In this document: in pieces, positions 62,467-64,000 of the stretch
How the letters are laid out: every line of letters begins with the position of its first letter
Numbering within the stretch: the stretch's first letter is position 1
IMG/VR virus record: IMGVR_UViG_3300005937_000008
Span: 8,267-72,266 of that record
Reading direction: 5' to 3' (one strand)
Length of the DNA: 64,000 nucleotides
From: a virus
Taxonomy: Duplodnaviria > Caudoviricetes
Translations under genes and position numbers: made by a program
The notes under the pieces: generated by a model
Database searches by the model: none
What the model saw: the letters and a program-made list of their open reading frames with translations, nothing else
What the model was told of the DNA's origin: nothing

Positions 62467-62870
62467 GACGCGTTCTCCTCGTCGGCGGTGATGGCTTCGA
62501 TCTGCAGGCCGGGCTGGGTGCCGTTGACGGTGTGGCGGCGTCCGTCGGGCGAGGTGACGATGAAGTCGAGGCCGCGGGCGATGCCGTTGGACCACTGCCA
62601 GGCGTCGGCGATCTCGCCCTCGAACGTGACGCGGACGCGCGTGCCCTTGCGGGCGAGGGCCCGGAGGCGGGCTTCTTCGTCGCTGAGGGCGTGCATGGAG
62701 CGCGGCTTCGGGGCGTGCATGACGGTGACGTGGGTGGGGCGCAGGCCGGGCACCGGGCTGTCGCACCTACAGGCGACCTGCGCGGGGTCCGGCGGCTGGA
62801 CTTTGCAGGACTTGTCGCAGCGGCGGCAGTACCACACCAGCAGCGTTGTCTCGGGAAGAGTGGTCACCAC
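62463..62870 (-). CDS. Hypothetical protein
   Basis: YCRRC..C.C; codon bias. Confidence 0.65.
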   Translation of the reverse strand: MVTTLPETTLLVWYCRRCDKSCKVQPPDPAQVACRCDSPVPGLRPTHVTVMHAPKPRSMHALSDEEARLRALARKGTRVRVTFEGEIADAWQWSNGIARGLDFIVTSPDGRRHTVNGTQPGLQIEAITADEENAS

Positions 62871-63265
62871 GCCACCTCCGTGTCCTGTCGGAGTGCGGCG
62901 TTGATGGTCTCCTCGTCTGGCGTCCAGAAGCCGAGTGCTCCGGACACTCCGAGCACCGGTTCCGGGAGGGCGGTGACGTCGGCCAGTTCCCAGTGGTAGA
63001 GGCCGGGTTGGGCCCAGTAGCTGCAGCAGACCTGGTTGCCGTTGTCGAAGTGGCAGCCGGTGATCGTGGCGACGGCGACGATCGCGGAGTACACGTTGAG
63101 GTGCTCGCCGTACATCTGGGCGTGCCGGTCGGGCTGGGCTCCGGCGTGGATGAGGATGCGGGCGCCCTCATGCTTCGCGGGCAGCTTCCAGGTGCGGTTC
63201 TCAACCCGTTTCGTCTGGTGGGCGATTGCGCCCGCCCACGGCTGGCGGATGGTGAGTGCCTTCAT
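62864..63265 (-). CDS. ASCH-domain protein
   Basis: KALTIRQPWA..I....KRVENRTW, ILIHAG, GALGFW. Confidence 0.88.
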   Translation of the reverse strand: MKALTIRQPWAGAIAHQTKRVENRTWKLPAKHEGARILIHAGAQPDRHAQMYGEHLNVYSAIVAVATITGCHFDNGNQVCCSYWAQPGLYHWELADVTALPEPVLGVSGALGFWTPDEETINAALRQDTEVAW

Positions 63266-63597
63266 CGGCCGGCCTCCTCGGGCGTGCCGTGCTGCTCGAG
63301 TTCGGCGTCGGTCATGAGTCCGTGCGGGACGTGGCCGGTGCGAAGGACGTCGCGCAGGTCGGATGCGGCGACGCGGTAGCCGTGGGCGCGAGTCGCGGCC
63401 CACTCATTGCTGCTGTCGGGCTCGATGAACAGGTCGGCGGGGAGGTCCTTGGTGAGGAAGTCGGCGCTCGCTTCCCACCGGGTGGCGAGGTCTGTGAGCG
63501 TCGCCCGGAGGTCGGCTTCCCGGGTGGCGGCGAGGTTGTAGCCGGGGCCTTGGTGGGCGAGTGCCGCGAGGAGGCGGCGGGGCCAGGTTGACTTCAT
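63262..63597 (-). CDS. Hypothetical protein
   Basis: AAGGA RBS; coupled ORF. Confidence 0.65.
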   Translation of the reverse strand: MKSTWPRRLLAALAHQGPGYNLAATREADLRATLTDLATRWEASADFLTKDLPADLFIEPDSSNEWAATRAHGYRVAASDLRDVLRTGHVPHGLMTDAELEQHGTPEEAGR

Positions 63598-63621
63598 GGC
63601 GTGGTTTCCTTGTCCGGTGAG

Positions 63622-63650
63622 GGCCGCCCCGCACTGCCCGCGGGGCGGCC
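63622..63650. terminator. GC hairpin
   Basis: GGCCGCCCCGC / GCGGGGCGGCC. Confidence 0.5.
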
Positions 63651-63665
63651 GTTCGCGTGTGCGGG

Positions 63666-64000
63666 CTAGAACGGGGGCTCGTCGCTGTAGCCGAGCGGGC
63701 GGTCGTAGCTGAACGGGACGCCGCCGTTGAGGCCCTCGACGTGCCGTTCGACGAGGCCGCTGATGTCGAGGCCGACCCGACGCAGTTCGTCGGTGACGCC
63801 CCGCGCCCAGGCGCGGACGGCGTCGTTCTCTCCATCGACGAGGGCTTCCGCGACGTGCCCGGCGATGACCGGGATCACGGCGGCCAGCGTGTCCGCCGGG
63901 GTGACGTGCCCGGCGAGGTTGAGGTTCGCGAGTGCGGTCTCGACGGTCTTCGAGTACGGCTTCCAGGAGATGTACGGCTTCTGGGTGGCCGCCCACGGGT
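63666..64000 (-). CDS. Hypothetical protein, 5'-truncated, ending ...YSDEPPF
   Basis: Frame stays open to the window edge. Confidence 0.65.
   Translation of the reverse strand, partial: PWAATQKPYISWKPYSKTVETALANLNLAGHVTPADTLAAVIPVIAGHVAEALVDGENDAVRAWARGVTDELRRVGLDISGLVERHVEGLNGGVPFSYDRPLGYSDEPPF

Larger units (their letters stand above)
1..64000. mobile_element. Temperate siphophage (HK97-like head, long non-contractile tail) of a high-GC actinobacterium, probably Streptomyces; near-complete genome
   Basis: Integrase, terminases, portal, protease, capsid, tail tube, tape measure, endolysin, holin and replication genes in canonical order; no host housekeeping genes seen. Confidence 0.96.

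Noticed and set aside
1-64000. CRISPR array, reverse transcriptase/DGR, retron, IS transposase
   Set aside because: No regularly spaced repeat-spacer array, YxDD RT or DDE transposase seen; the repeats found are operators, iterons or coding repeats
1-64000. Stable plasmid-prophage lifestyle
   Set aside because: No ParA/ParB or plasmid Rep in the window and an integrase/attP is present; unsupported, although the unseen part could change this
63666-64000. SSB, suggested by the DEPPF C-terminus
   Set aside because: The visible upstream sequence looks helical rather than OB-fold and the N-terminus is missing; left as hypothetical

Overview
The whole window is one high-GC actinobacterial temperate siphophage, most likely from Streptomyces (inferred from codon use, WhiB, GntR/TraB/Spd-type genes and an initiator-type tRNA). 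Most genes are on the minus strand. Reading from the right end leftward: early and replication genes (ASCH, adenine MTase, WhiB, initiator with iterons, helicase and loader, C5 MTase); a plus-strand NUDIX/GIY-YIG island; a plasmid/AICE-like TraB(FtsK)-Spd transfer module; HNH, cos region and terminases; an HK97-type head with an inserted methyltransferase-glycosyltransferase-fibre cassette; tail genes with a -1 frameshift and tape measure; lysis genes; and a roughly 10 kb accessory arm carrying a second Cre-like tyrosine recombinase, a variant tRNA-fMet and an orphan TGT/DpdA-like transglycosylase. At the left end a 5'-truncated integrase points into a region with arm-type repeats on both sides, which looks like an intact attP. 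The sequence therefore probably comes from an excised or circular genome, or a tandem prophage. Best leads: a virion-encoding phage that also carries a conjugation module with DNA-level repeats, the orphan DpdA-like cassette, the enzyme/pseudoenzyme NUDIX pair, the head glycosylation cassette and the U38 tRNA-fMet. All annotation is by eye from motifs and context; no database search was run.
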